Positions 27,601-41,240 of a stretch of 64,000 nucleotides of DNA are shown piece by piece. Below the pieces are notes generated by a model. It saw nothing but the letters and a program-made list of their open reading frames with translations, made no database searches and was not told where the DNA came from. The translations under genes were made by a program, and so were the position numbers. How positions within the stretch are numbered: the first letter of the stretch is position 1; the number at the start of each line of letters is the position of its first letter. The stretch is from the human T2T-CHM13v2.0 reference genome, Homo sapiens: the NCBI GenBank assembly GCA_009914755.4, contig CP068257.2, positions 7,136,001 through 7,200,000 on the forward strand, in the 5' to 3' direction.

Positions 27601-30600
27601 AATCAAATAGAATGGAGTCGAATATAATGGAATCAAACCGAATGGCATTGAATGCAATGAAAACGAATGGAAAGGAATGGAATGGAATGGAGTCGAATGG
27701 AATGGACTCAAAAGGAAAGGAATTGACTGGAATGGAATGGAATGCATTTGAATGAAATAGAATGGAATGGAGTCGAGTAGAATGGAATTGAATGGAATGG
27801 AATTGAATGCAATGGAATGGAATGTAATGGATTGGAATGGAATGGAGTTAAATGTAATTGACTGGAATAGAATGATCTTGAATGGAATGGAACTGAATGG
27901 AATGGACTTGATTCTAATGGTCTCAAACTGAATTGAATCAAATGGAATGGAATCGAATGAAATGGGATTGAATAGAATGTAATAGAATGGAATGGATTCG
28001 ATTGGTATGGAATCGAATAGAATGGAATTGAATGGAATGGAATCAAAAGAAATTGAATCGAATGGAATAGAATCAATTGGAATGCAATGGAATGGAATGG
28101 AATGGAATGCAATGGAACGGAATGGAATGGAATGCAATGCAGTGGAATAGATTCGAATGGAATGGAAAGGAATTGAATGGCATCTAATGGAATGGAATGA
28201 AATGGAACATAATGGACTCAAATATAATGAACTGGAAAGGAATGGAGTCGAATGGAATGAACTCGAATGGAACGGACTCCATTGGAATGGGCTCCAATGG
28301 AATGCAATCGAATGGAATGGAATCAAAAGGAAAGTACTGGAATGGAATCTACTCGAAAGGAATGGATTCCATTGGAATGGACTGGAATTGAACAGTATCG
28401 TATGGAATGGATTGGAATTGAATAGAATTGAATGGAATGTAATCGAACGGAATGGACTGTAATGGAATTGACTTGATTGGAATGGACTCGACCTTAATGG
28501 AATAGATCAGAAAGGAATCAAAAGAAATGGGATCCAATGGAATGGAATCAAACGGTATAGAAGGGAATGGAATGGACTCGAATGGAATGGAATCAAATGG
28601 AATGGAATGGCCTCAAATGGATTGGAATGGAATGGAATGGAATGGACTTGAAAGGAATTGATTGGAAAGGAATAGAATGGAAGGGAATCAAATGAAATGG
28701 AATGGATTCGAATGGAATGGAAAGGAGTGGAAGGAAATGAAATGAAATGGACTCGAATGTGTTGAACCAGAAAGGAATGGACTCGAATGGACTGGAATCG
28801 AATGGAATGGATTCAAATGGAATGCAATACAATGGACTGGAATGGAATGGAATGGACCGGAATGGAATGGACTCGAATGGAATGGAATGGAATGGAAAGG
28901 AATGAACGCAAATGGAATGGAATCAAATGGAATGGACTCGAATGGAATGGAATCAAATGCAATGGAATAGAATGGAATAAAATGGAATGAAATGGAATCG
29001 AAAGGAAGGCACTAGAATGGAAAAGACTCGAATGGAATGGACGCGAACGAAATGGACTGGAAGGGAATGGACTCGAATGGAATGGACTCTAAAGGAATGG
29101 CATCGAGGGGCATTCAATCAAATGGAATGGATTCAAAAGGAATGGAAAGGAAAGGATTGGAATGGAATGGACTGGAACGGAATGGATTCGAATGGAATGG
29201 AATGGAATGGACCCAAATTGAATGGAAGTGAATTGAATGGACTCGAACGGAAAGGAATCAAATGGAATGGAATGGAATAGAATAGAATGGAGCAAAATGG
29301 ACTCGAAAGGAAGAGACTGGAATGGAACGGACTCTAACGGAATGGACGCAAATGGAATGGACTGGAATGGACTCGAATGGAATGGACTCAAAATGAATGG
29401 CATTGAACGGAATGTAATCGAATGGAATAGAATCAAATTGAATGGTATGGATTGGAATGGACTCGAACGGAATGGACTGGAAAAGTATGAACTCGAATGG
29501 AATGGAATCGAATGGAATGAAAAGAAATGGAATAGAATGGAATGGAATGGACTGCAATGGAATGGCCTCGATTCGAATGGACTCAAATGGAGTGGAATCG
29601 AATGGAATGCAATGGAAAGGAATGGAATGGAATGGACTCGAATAAAATGTACTGGAATGGTAAAGACTTGAATGGAAGGGAATCAAATGAAATGGAATTG
29701 AATGGAATGCAAACGAATAGAATGGAGTCCAATCAAATGGAATGGAATCGAATGGAATGGAATCAAATGGAATGAGATCGAATGGAAAGAAATGGAATGG
29801 AAATAAATGGAATGGAATTCAATGGAATGAAATAGAATTGAATGTTATAGACTGGTATGGAATGGACTAAAAAGAATTGAATCGAACAGAATGGATTCAA
29901 AAGGAATGAACTCGAATTGAATGGATACTAATGGAATGGACTCAAATGGAATGCAATCGAATGGAAGGGAATCACATGGAATTGAAACGAATGGAATGGA
30001 CCACAATGGAATGGACAGCAATGGAATTCAGTGGAATGGAATGGAATCACATGGGATGCAGTGGAATGGAATGGACTGCAATGGAATGGACTTGAAAAGA
30101 AAGGAATCGAATGTAATGAACTCGCATGGAATGGAATGGAATGTAGTAGAATGGAATGGATTCTAATGTAATGAACTGCAATGGGATGTACTTCAATGGA
30201 ATGGACTCGAATGGAATGCAATCGAATTGAATGGAATGGAATGGACTGTATTTGAATGGACTCCAATGGAATGCAATCAAATGAAATGCAATCAAAGGGA
30301 ATGGAATCAAATGGAATGGACAATAGTGGAATGGACTGGACTGGAATGGAATGGAATGGAATGGAACGTACTCGAATGTATTGGACTGGAACATAATGGA
30401 CTCGAATGGAGTGGAATCGAATGGAATGGATTCAAATCGAATGGAATGGAATAGAGTGGAATGGAATGGACTGGAAAGGAATGAATTCGAATGGAATGGA
30501 ATTCAATGAAGTGGAATGGACACAAAGGCAATGAACTCGAATGGAATGGACTTGAATGCAATGGATTCCACTAGAAAGGAATGGAATGGAATAGAATGGA

Positions 30601-33600
30601 GTGAAATGGACTTGAATGGAAGTGAGTGGAATGGAACGGACTCAAATGGAATGGACACGAATGCAATGGACTGGAATGGAATGGACTCGGAAGAAATGGA
30701 CTCCAAAAAAATTGCATCCAATTGAATGTAATCAAATGGAATGGAATCAAATGGAATGCCCTGGATTGGAATGGTATCGAATGGAATGGACTGGGAAGGA
30801 TTGAATTCGAATGTAACTGAATCGAATGGAATGGAGTGAAATGGAATTGAATCAAATGGAGTGGAATAGAAAGGAATGCAATGGAATGGAATTGTCTCGA
30901 ATGGAATGGAACAGAATGGAAAGGAAACTGAATGGAAAGGAATGGAATGGAATGGAATGGAATGGAAATGAATGAAATGGAATGCAGTGGAGTGGAATGG
31001 AATGGACAAGTTGGAATGGATTGGAAAGGAAAGGAATGGAATGGAATATACTCGAATGTAATGTACTGGAATGGAATTGACTCCAATGGAATGGACTCAA
31101 ATGAAGTGGACTGGAAAGGAATGCACCGAATGGAATGGAATTGAATGGAATGGAATGAAATGGAATAGAATGGAATGGAATGGAATGGAATGGAATGGAA
31201 TGGAATCGAACGAAATGCACTGGAATGGATTGGGCTCGATTGTAATGGACTCGAATGGAATGGGATTCAATGGAATGGGATACAATGGAATGGCATTGAA
31301 AGGAATGTAATCAAAAGGAATGGAATCAAACGGAATGGAAATGAACAGAATGGACGGGAATGGAATGGAATCGAAAGGAATGGACTGGAATGGAACGGTC
31401 TCGAATTGAATGTCATCGAATGGAATGGAATTCAGCGGAATGGAATCGAACGAAATTGATTCGAATGGAATGGAGTGGAATGGAATGGACTGGAATATAA
31501 TTGACTGGATTGGATTAGACACGAATAGTAAGGAATTGAAAGGAAAGCAATCTAATGTAATGGAATCGTATAGAATGGAAACCAATAGAATGAACTGGAA
31601 TGGAACGGTCTCAAAAGGAATGGAATCAAATGGAAGGATTGGAATGGAATGGAATAGAATGGAATGGAATGCAATGGAAACGAATGGAATGGAATGGAGT
31701 GGAATGGAATGCAATGGACTTGATGGAATGGACTGGAAAGGAATGGACTCGAAAGTAATGGAATCAAATGGAATGGAATGGAATGGAATGGAATAGAAAG
31801 GAATTGAATGTACTGCAATGGAATAGAAAGGACCCGAATGCAATGGAATCTAATGGAATGGAAAGGACTGGACTGGAATGGAATGGACTTGAATATAATG
31901 GACGGGAATGGAATGGTATCGAGTGGTACGGAATCGAATGGAATGGACTGGAATTGAATGAATTGGAATGGAATGGTCTCGAATTTATTGGGATTGAATG
32001 GAATTGAATTGAATGGAATGGAATCAAATGGAATGGAACCGAGTGGAATGGAACAGAATGTAATTGAGTCGACTAGAATGGAATGGAAAGGACTCAAATG
32101 CAATGGAATCGAATGAAATGGAATGGATTGGACTCGAATGGAATGGACTCTTATATAATGGACGGGAAAGGAATAGTCTCGAGTGGAATGGACTCGAATG
32201 GAATGGACTGGAATTAAATGAATTGGAATGGTATGGTCTCGAATTTAGTGGGATTGAATGGAATCGAATCTAATGGATTGGAATCAAATAGAATGGAACG
32301 GAATGGTGTGGAATTGAATAAAATGGAGCGTAATGTAATCGAATGGAATGAAATGCACTCCAATGGAATGGACTCAAATGCAATGGAATCGAATGGAATT
32401 TAATCGAATATAATGGAATCCAATGAAAAGAATTGGAAAGGAATGGAACGGAATTTACTCAAATGGAATACATTCAAATGGAATGGAATGGAAGGGAGTG
32501 GAAGGAAATGGAATCAAATGAATTCGAATAAAATGCACTGAAAGAATAAAATCGAATGTAATAGAAGGGAATGGAATGGAATGGATTGGAACGGAATCGC
32601 ATGTAATGGACTGGTACGGAATGGACTCGAATGGAATGGACTCTAAAGGAATGGAATGAAATGGAATGGAGTGGAAATGACTGGAATGGAATGGATTGGA
32701 ATGGAATGGACTCAAATGGAATAGAATGGAATGGAATGGAATGGACAGGAATGGTATGGACTCCACTGGAGTGGACTCTAATGGAATGCAATCAAATGGA
32801 AAGGGCTGGAATGCAATGCACTCCAATTAAATGTACTCGAACGGAATGGACTGGAAAGGCATGAACTTGAATAGAATGGGCTCCATTGGAATGCACTCAA
32901 AATGAATGGAAACGAATGGAATGGAATGGAATGGAATGGAAAAGAATTGAATGAAATGGAATGGAATAGAATCAAATAGAACGGACTGGAATGGAATGGA
33001 ATTGAATGGAATGCACTCGAAAGGAATGGAATCAAATCGAATGGAATCGAATGGAGTGGAACAGAATGGAATGGAATGGAATGGAATGGAATAGAATGAG
33101 CTCCAATGGAATAGAATGGAATGGAATGGAAAGTAGTGGACTGGAATGGAATGGACTTCAAAGGAATGGACTAGAATGAAATGGTCTTGAAAGGAATGGA
33201 ATCGAATGGGATGGACTCAAATTGAATGGACTGGAGAGGAACAAACTTGAATGGAATGGAATTGAATGGAATGGGATTGAATGGAATGGAATTCAATGGA
33301 ATGGAGACAAATGGATTGGAGTGGAATGAAATGGAATGGAATGGAATCAAATGGAATGGAATCCAATAGAATACAATGGAATGGAATGGAATGGAATGGA
33401 ATGGAATGGACTTGAAAGTAATATACTGGAATGAAATTGACTCGAACGGAAAGGACTCGAATGCAATGGAATGCAATGCAATCTTATTGAATGGAATGGA
33501 ATCCAATGTAATGGAATGGAATGTACTGGAATTGAATGGACTCCAATGGAATAGAATAAAATCGAATGGAATGGAATGGAATGGAATTGAATCGAATGAA

Positions 33601-36600
33601 ATGGATTCGAAAGGAATGGACTGGATCGGAATGAAATGGAATGGAATGGAACGGACTCGAATGTAATCGAATGGATTGCAATGGACTCAAATGCAATGGA
33701 GTCGAAAAATATGGAATTGAAAGGAATGCAATCAAACCAAATGTAACCCTTTGGAATGGAATGAAATGGACTAGAATGGACTAGAAAGCAATAAACTTGT
33801 ATGCAATGAATTCCAATGGAATGGAAGCGAAAGGAAAGGTAATGAATTGAATGGAAATGAATCGAGTCAACTAGAAAGGAATGGAATGGAATAGAATGGA
33901 ATGGAATGGAATGGAATGGAATGGAATGGAACAGAATGGAACAGAATGGACACGAATGGAATGGACTCGAATGGAATTTAATCAAACGGAATAAAATGGA
34001 ATGGAATGTAGTAGAATGGAATGGAATGGAATGGACACAAATGGAATGGAATGGAATTCAATGGTTTCAAACGGAATGTAAAGTAATGGAATGGAATGGA
34101 ATACAATAGAAAGGAATAGATTCCAATGGAATGGACTGGAATGGAATGGAATCAAAAGGAATGGACTCCTTTGGAAAGGACTCTAATGGCATGCAACTGA
34201 ATGGATTAGACTGGAATGAAACGGACACGAAAGGAATGGACTTGAAGGGAAAGGTCTCGAATGGAATGGAATCAAAAGGTGTGGAATTGAAAATAATGGA
34301 CTCGAATTGAATGGATTGATATGGAAGGCTTTCGAATGGAATGGAATGGAATGGAATGCAATGGAATGAAATGGAATGGACATGCATGGATTGGACTTGA
34401 ATGGAAATTAATCAAACGGAATAGAATGGAATAGAATGGAGTGGAATGGAATAGAATGGAATGGACTGAAATGGAATACAATAGAATGGAATGGAATGGA
34501 TTCGAACTGAATGGAATGTAATGGAATGGATGGAATAGAATAGAAAGGAATAGATTCCAATGGAATGGACAGGAATGGAATGGAATCAAAACGAAAGGAC
34601 TCCTTCGGAACAGACTGTAATGGAATGCAATCAAATGGAATAGACTGGAATGAAATGGACTCGAAAGGAATGGACATGAATTGAAAAGTCTCGAATGGAA
34701 TGGAATCAAAAGGAGTGCAATTGAAAGTAATGAACTCGAATAGAATGGATTGGTATGGAAGAGTTTCGAATGGAATGGAGTGGAATGGAATGGAATGGAA
34801 TGCAATGGAATAGAATGGAATGCAATGAAATGGAATAGAATGGAATGGAATGGAATCGAATCAAATCTAATGGACTGGAATGGAACAGACTCGCATGGAT
34901 TGAACTCGAAAGGAATGGAATCCAATGGATTGGAAAGGAATGCAGTGGAATAGAATGGAATGGAATGGACTCGAAAGTGATGGACTGGAAAGGAATGGAC
35001 TCGAATTTTAATGGACTCTAATGGAATTGACTGGAATGGAATGGACACGAATGGAATAGACTCCACATGAATGGATTCGAATGGAATGCAATCGAAAGGA
35101 AGAGAACTGAATGGAATGGATTCGAATGGAATGGACTAAAATTGAATGGCCTGGAAAGGAAAAAGGAAAACAAAGGAATGGAATGCTCTGGAATTGAATG
35201 GAATCAAATGGCATGTAATGGAATGGAATTGAATGGAAAGGAATGGAATGAAATGGAACGGAATGGAATGGAATGGAATCGAATGGAATGGACTGAAATG
35301 GAATGGTATCAATTCAAATGGACACGAATGGAATGGAAGCGAATGGAAAGTAATCAAAAGGAATGCAATGGAATGGAATGGAAAGGATTCGAAAGAAATG
35401 GAATGGAATCAAATGGAATCGAACGGAATCAAATGGAATGGAATAGCATGGAATGGAATTGAACAGAATGGAATGGAATGGAATGGAATGGAAAGGAATG
35501 GAATGGACTCGAATGTAAATGTATGGAATGCAATAGACTCAAATGGAATGAACAGGAATGTAATGGAGTCACATGGAATGGACTCTAGTGGAATGGAATC
35601 AAATGGAATGGAATTGGATGGAATGGAATTGAATCTAGTTAAATCAAATAGAATGGAATGGAATATAATGTAAAGGAATAAAATGGAATTGAATGGAATG
35701 GAATGGACTCAAATGGAATGCAATGCAATGGAATGCATTGAATGCAATGGATTCAAACAGAATGTAAAGTAAAGCAATGTAAACGAATGGAAAGGAATGG
35801 AATGGAATGAAATGGAATAGAATGGCATGGAATAGAATAGAGTAGATACAAATGGATTGGTCTGGAATGGAATGGAATCGAAAGGATTGGAATGGAATGG
35901 AATAGAATGGAATGTACTCGAATGGAATGGACTGGAAAACAACGGACTCCAATGTAATGTATTCGAATGGAATGGACTGGAAACAATGGAATCCAATGTA
36001 ATGTACTCAAATGGAATGGACTGGAAAGGAATGAACTTGAATGGAATCAACTTCATTGGAATGGACTCGAATGGTATACACTGGAATTTAATGGACTTGA
36101 TTGGAATTTACACAAATGGAATGGAATGAAATTGAATGGAATGGAATGAGATTCAATGGAATGCATCAAAAGGAATGCAGTTGAATGGACAGGAATCGAA
36201 TGTAATGGAACTGAATAGAATGGACTTGAAAGTAAGGGACTGGAATGGAATGGTCTCCAATGGCAAAACATCGAATGGAATGGAACCAAATGGAATGGAA
36301 TGGACTGGAATGGTATAGAATGAACTGGAATATAATTGCATGGATTAGAATTGCCTCGAATGGAATGGAATGGAATGGAATGAAATCTAATGGAATGGAA
36401 TCAAAAAGAATGGAAACGAATGGAATGGACTGGAATAGGACGGTGTGGAATGGAATGGAATGGAATGGAATGGAATGGAATGGAATAGAATGGAAGGGAA
36501 TGGAATGGAACCAAATGGAATGGAATGGAAAGGATTAGAGTCGAATGCAATGGACTGGAACGGAATGGACTCGAATGGAATGGCCTTGAAAAGAAGGGAT

Positions 36601-39600
36601 TCAAATGGAATGGCATAGAATGGAATGGAATAGAATGGAATGGAAAGGAATGGAATTGAATGCGGTCGAATGGAGTGGAATGGAAAGGACTCGAAAGGAA
36701 TGGACTGGAATGGAATGGTTTCGAATAGAATGGAATGGAATGTTATGGACTCGATTTGAAAGGATTGGAATGGAACAGTCTGGAATGGAATGGAATGGAA
36801 TGGAATATAATGGAATGGAAAGGAATTGAATGGAATGGAAGCAAATGGAATGGAATGTAGTGGACTTGAATATAATATACTTGAATGGAATGGACTCGAA
36901 TGGAATGGACTCGAATGCAATGGAATCCGATTGAATGGAATGGAATGGAATGGAATGCACTGGAATGTAGTGGATTGGAATGGAATGGGATCCAATGGAA
37001 TGGACTCGAATGGTATGGATTCGAATGGAATGGAATCATATGGAAGGAAATGGAGTGGCATAGAAAGCAATGGAGTGGACTCGAATGGAATGGACTGGAA
37101 TGGAATGGACTGGAATTGACTCAAAATGAACGGACTCCATTGGAATAGACTCTAATGGAATGCAATCGAATGGAATGAACTGAAATTGAATGGACTCCAA
37201 AAAATGGACTGGAATGGAACAGTCTCGAATGGAATGGAATCAAATGGAGTGGAATTGAAAGAAGTGGACTCAACTTGAATGGATTGGTATGGAAGGGTTT
37301 CGAATGGAATGGAATTGAAAGGAATGTTACGGAATGGTTTGGAATGGAATGGAATGGAATGGAATGGCATGGAATGGAGTTGAATGTAATTGACTGGAAT
37401 GGAATGCATTTGAATGGAATGGACTCGAATAGATTGGACTCAAACGCAGTGGAATGGAATGGAATACAATGGAATGGAATGGAATGGATTTGTATGTAAT
37501 GGACTGGAATGGAATGGACTCGAATTGGAAAAGACTGAAAAGGAATGGACTGGAATGGAACGGACACACATGGAACGGACTCCACTGGAATGGAATCGAA
37601 CGGAACACATTCGAATTGAATAAAATCGAATGGAATGGAATCGAATGGAATGGACTCAATTCAAATGGACTCAAATGGAATGGAATCGAATGGAATGTAT
37701 TCAAATGGAATGCAGTGGACTGGAATGGAATGGATTTGAATAGAATTGACTGGAATGGAATGAAATCGAATGGAATCGAACGGAATGAAATTGCTTGGTG
37801 TGGATTTGAAAGGAATGCAATCGATTGGAATGGAATAGAATGGAATGGAATGGATTGGAGTGGAATGGAATGGAATGGATTGGAATGGAATGGAATGAAA
37901 AGGAATGGAATGGAAAGGACTCGAGTGTAATCAAAAGGAATGCAATGGACTAGAATGGAATGGACTTGAAAACAATGGAATAGAATGTATTGGAAATGAA
38001 CAGAATGGAATCCAATGAAATAGAATAGAATGGATTGGATTGGATTGGAATACACTGGAAAGTAATAAATTCGAACACAATTAACTTAAATGGAATGGAA
38101 GTGAATGGAATGGAATTGATTGGAATGGAATCGAATCGAGTTGAATGGAAAGGAACGGAATGGAATGGAATGCAGACGAATGGAATGGAATCAAACGGAA
38201 TAGAATGGAATGGAATGCAAAGGAATGGAATGGAAAGGAATGGACTCAACTCTAATGGAATGGAATGGAATGCAATAGAATGGATTTGAACACAATGGAA
38301 TGGAATGAAATCGAAAGGAATGGAATGGAGTTGAATGGAATGGAATGGAATGGAATGGATTTCAATTGAATGGACTGGAATGGAATGAAATGGAATGGAA
38401 TGGAATGGAATTCAATGGAATAGAATGGAATTAAATGGACAACAATGGAATGGACTGCAATAGAATGGAGTCGAATGGAATGGACTCAAAAGGAATGGAC
38501 CCGAATGGAATGGAATGGAATCAAACGGAATGGAATGGAATGGATTGGAATAGACTCGAGTGGAATCGATTGGAATGGAATGGAAAGAAAGGAATGGAAT
38601 GGTATGAAATAGAATCGAATGGAATGGAATCGACTGAAATGGAAACGAATGGCATGGAATCAAAAGGAATGGATTGGCATGGAATGGAATCGAATGGAAT
38701 CGAATGGAATCGAAAGAAATGGACAGGAATGCAATCGAAATGAAAGGAATGAAATTGCATGGAATGGAATTGAACGGAATTGAATCAAATGGAATGGAAT
38801 GGAATGGAATGGAATTGAAAATAATGGAATCGAATAGAAAGAAATATGATACAATGGAATGGAATGGCATTGACACGAATGGAATGGATTCGAATGGAAT
38901 AGACTGGAATGGAATGGAATCAAATGGAATGGAATTGAATGGAATGGATTCGAATGGAATGGAATCAAATGGAATAAAATCGAAAAGAAAGTAATGAAAT
39001 GGAATAGAAGGGAACGGAATAGAATGGAATGGATTGGAATGGATTGCAATGGAATGGAATGGAATATAATAGACTGGAAAGGAATGGACTCCAATGGAAC
39101 GGATAAGAATGGAATGAAATCTAATGGAATGGAGTGGAATGGAAAGGACTCGAATGGAATGGAATCTAATGGAATGGAATGCAATTGACTGGAATGGAAT
39201 CAAATCTAATTGAATCACATGTAATGGAATCAAATAGGAGGATATGGAATGGAATGGACTCAAATGTAATGGAATGGAATGGAATGGAATGGAATGGAAT
39301 ATAATGGAATCGAATGAAATGGAAAGGAATGGCATGGAATGGAAAGTAATGGAATGGCATGGAATGAAATGGAATGAAAGGAATCAAATGAAATGCAAAG
39401 GAATGGAATGGAATCGAAAGGAAAGAAATGGCATGAAATGGAATAGAACGGAATGGAATCAAATGGAATAGAATCTAATGGAATCGAAAGGAATGGAATC
39501 AAATGGAATGGAATGGATTCCAATGGAATGGACTGGAAAAGTATGCAATGGAATGGAATGCAAAGGAATGGATTTGAATGGAAAGGAAAGGAACTAAATG

Positions 39601-40050
39601 CAATGGAATCGAATGGAATCGAATGGAATTGAATGGAATGGAATTGAATGGAATGAACTGGAATTGAATGGAAACGAAGGGAAACAAAGGGAATGAAACA
39701 GCATGGAATGGAATCGAAGCCAAAGGAATACCATGGAATGGAATAGAACGGAATGGAATCAAATGGAATAGAGTATGATGGAATGGAAAGGAATGGAATG
39801 GAATGGAATGGATTCCAATGAAATGGAACGGAAAAGAATGTAATTGAATGGAATGGGTTGGAATGCACTCGATAGGAATGGAATGGAATGGAAATGAATG
39901 GAAGATAATTTAATGGAATGGAATGCAATTAAATCGAATGGAAAGGAATGGCGTGGAATGGAATTGAATGGAACTGAATGGAATGGAATGGAACTGAATG
40001 GAATGGAATGGACTCCAATGTAATGGTCTCGAGTGGAATGGACTCGAGTG
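24700..40050 (+). repeat. Diverged GGAAT-dominant satellite domain lacking both GGAGT blocks and CAACCCGAGT; punctuated by GACTCGAATGG, AATCGAATGG, AATCAAATGG and GACTCCAATGG
   Basis: Direct reading. GGAGT runs stop at ~24,700 and no caacccgagt-type motif appears before ~40,080. The domain has a higher density of degenerate units (e.g. 33,720-33,870, 35,150-35,180, 38,040-38,100). Confidence 0.75.
31840..32280 (+). repeat. ~250-bp tandem duplication (2 diverged copies, roughly 85-90% identical by eye)
   Basis: gactggaatggaatggact(tg/ct)(a/t)atataatggacgggaa(t/a)ggaat(gg/ag)t(a/c)tcgagtgg(t/a)a(c/t)gga(at/ct)cgaatggaatggactggaatt(g/a)aatgaattggaatgg(a/t)atggtctcgaattta(t/g)tgggattgaatggaat is seen at ~31,870 and again at ~32,120. 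ORFs 31768..32007 and 32064..32273 encode parallel peptides (..LEYNGREWNGIEWYGIEWNGLELNELEWNGLEFIGIEWN vs ..LLYNGRERNSLEWNGLEWNGLELNELEWYGLEFSGIEWN). Confidence 0.6.
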
Positions 40051-40989
40051 GAATGGAATGGAATGGAAAGGAATGCAATGCAATCAACTGGAATGGAATG
40101 GAATGGAAAGGAATGGAATGAAATCATCCCGAATGGAATGGAATGGAATGGGCAGGAATGGAATGGATTTGAATGGAATGGAATCAAATGGAAAGGAATG
40201 GAATGAAATGGAATGGAATGGATTGGAATGGCATGGAATGGAATCAACCCAAGAGGAAAGGAATGGAATGGAATGGAGTTATCTCGAGTGGAATGGAATG
40301 GAATGGAATCAACACGAGTGGAATGGAATGGAATGGAATGCAATGGTATGGAATCAACCCGAGTGGAATAGTATGGAATGGAATGGAATGGAAAGGAACG
40401 GAATGGAATAAAATGGAATGGAATGGAATGGAATCAACCCGAGTGAAATGGAATTGAATAGAATGGAATGTAAACAACCCGAGTGGAATGGAATGGAATG
40501 TAATGGAATGGAGTGGAATGGAATGCAATGGAATCAACCCGAGTGGAATGTAATGTAATGGAATGGAATGGAATGGAATGGAATCAACCCGAGTGGAACG
40601 GAATGGAATGGAAAGCAAAGGAATGGAATGGAATGGAATGGAATGGAATGGAATGGAATGGAATTCATTGGAATCAACTGGAATGGAATGGAATGGAATC
40701 AATCCGGGTTGAATGGAATGCAATGGAATGGAGGCGAATGGAACGCAGTGGAGTGTAATGGAATCAATTGGAATGGACTGAAATGGAATGGAATGGAATG
40801 GAAAGCAATGGAATGGAATGGAATAAAACCGAGTGGAATGCAATGGAATGGAATTGGATGGAATGGAACGGAGTGGAATCAACCCAAGTGGAATGGATTG
40901 GAATGGATTGGAATGGAATGGAAAGGCATCGAATGCAAAGGAATCAACTAGAATGGAATGGAATGGAATGGAATGGAATCAACCTGAGT

Positions 40990-41240
40990 GGAATGGAATG
41001 GAATGGAATGAATGGAATGAAATGAATGGAAACTAATGGAATTGAATGGAAACAACCCGAGTGGAATGGAATGCGATGGAATGCACTGGAATGGAATGGA
41101 ATGGAATGAAATGGAATGGAATTCAACATAATGGAAACAATCCGAGTGGAATGGATTGGAATGGAAAGGACTGAAATGTAATGGAATGGATTGGAATCAA
41201 ACCGATTCCAATGCAGTGGAATGGAATGGAATGGAATGGA
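40990..41240 (+). repeat. Landmark higher-order-repeat module, copy 1
   Basis: AAACTAATGG .. AACAACCCGAGTGG .. ATTCAACATAATGGAAACAATCCGAGTGG .. GGACTGAAATGTAATGG .. AATCAAACCGATTCCAATGCAGTGG. Other copies lie at ~45,235-45,435, 47,290-47,470, 48,700-48,935, 51,215-51,310, 52,965-53,180, 53,530-53,725, 54,075-54,275, 56,055-56,265, 57,640-57,790 and 59,950-60,085. Confidence 0.7.

Noticed and set aside
5510-40050. HSat2 (satellite II) identity for the upstream domains, because of recurrent CATCGAATGGAATCGAATGG-like strings
   Set aside because: HSat2 is characterised by diverged 23/26-bp units with AATCATCATCGAATGG-type strings and few long pure pentamer runs. Here long GGAAT and GGAGT runs dominate and the CATCATCGAATGG hallmark is essentially absent. 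The resemblance is limited to the short junction motif. These domains are better described as satellite III-related subfamilies, but exact subfamily assignment needs a k-mer library comparison.
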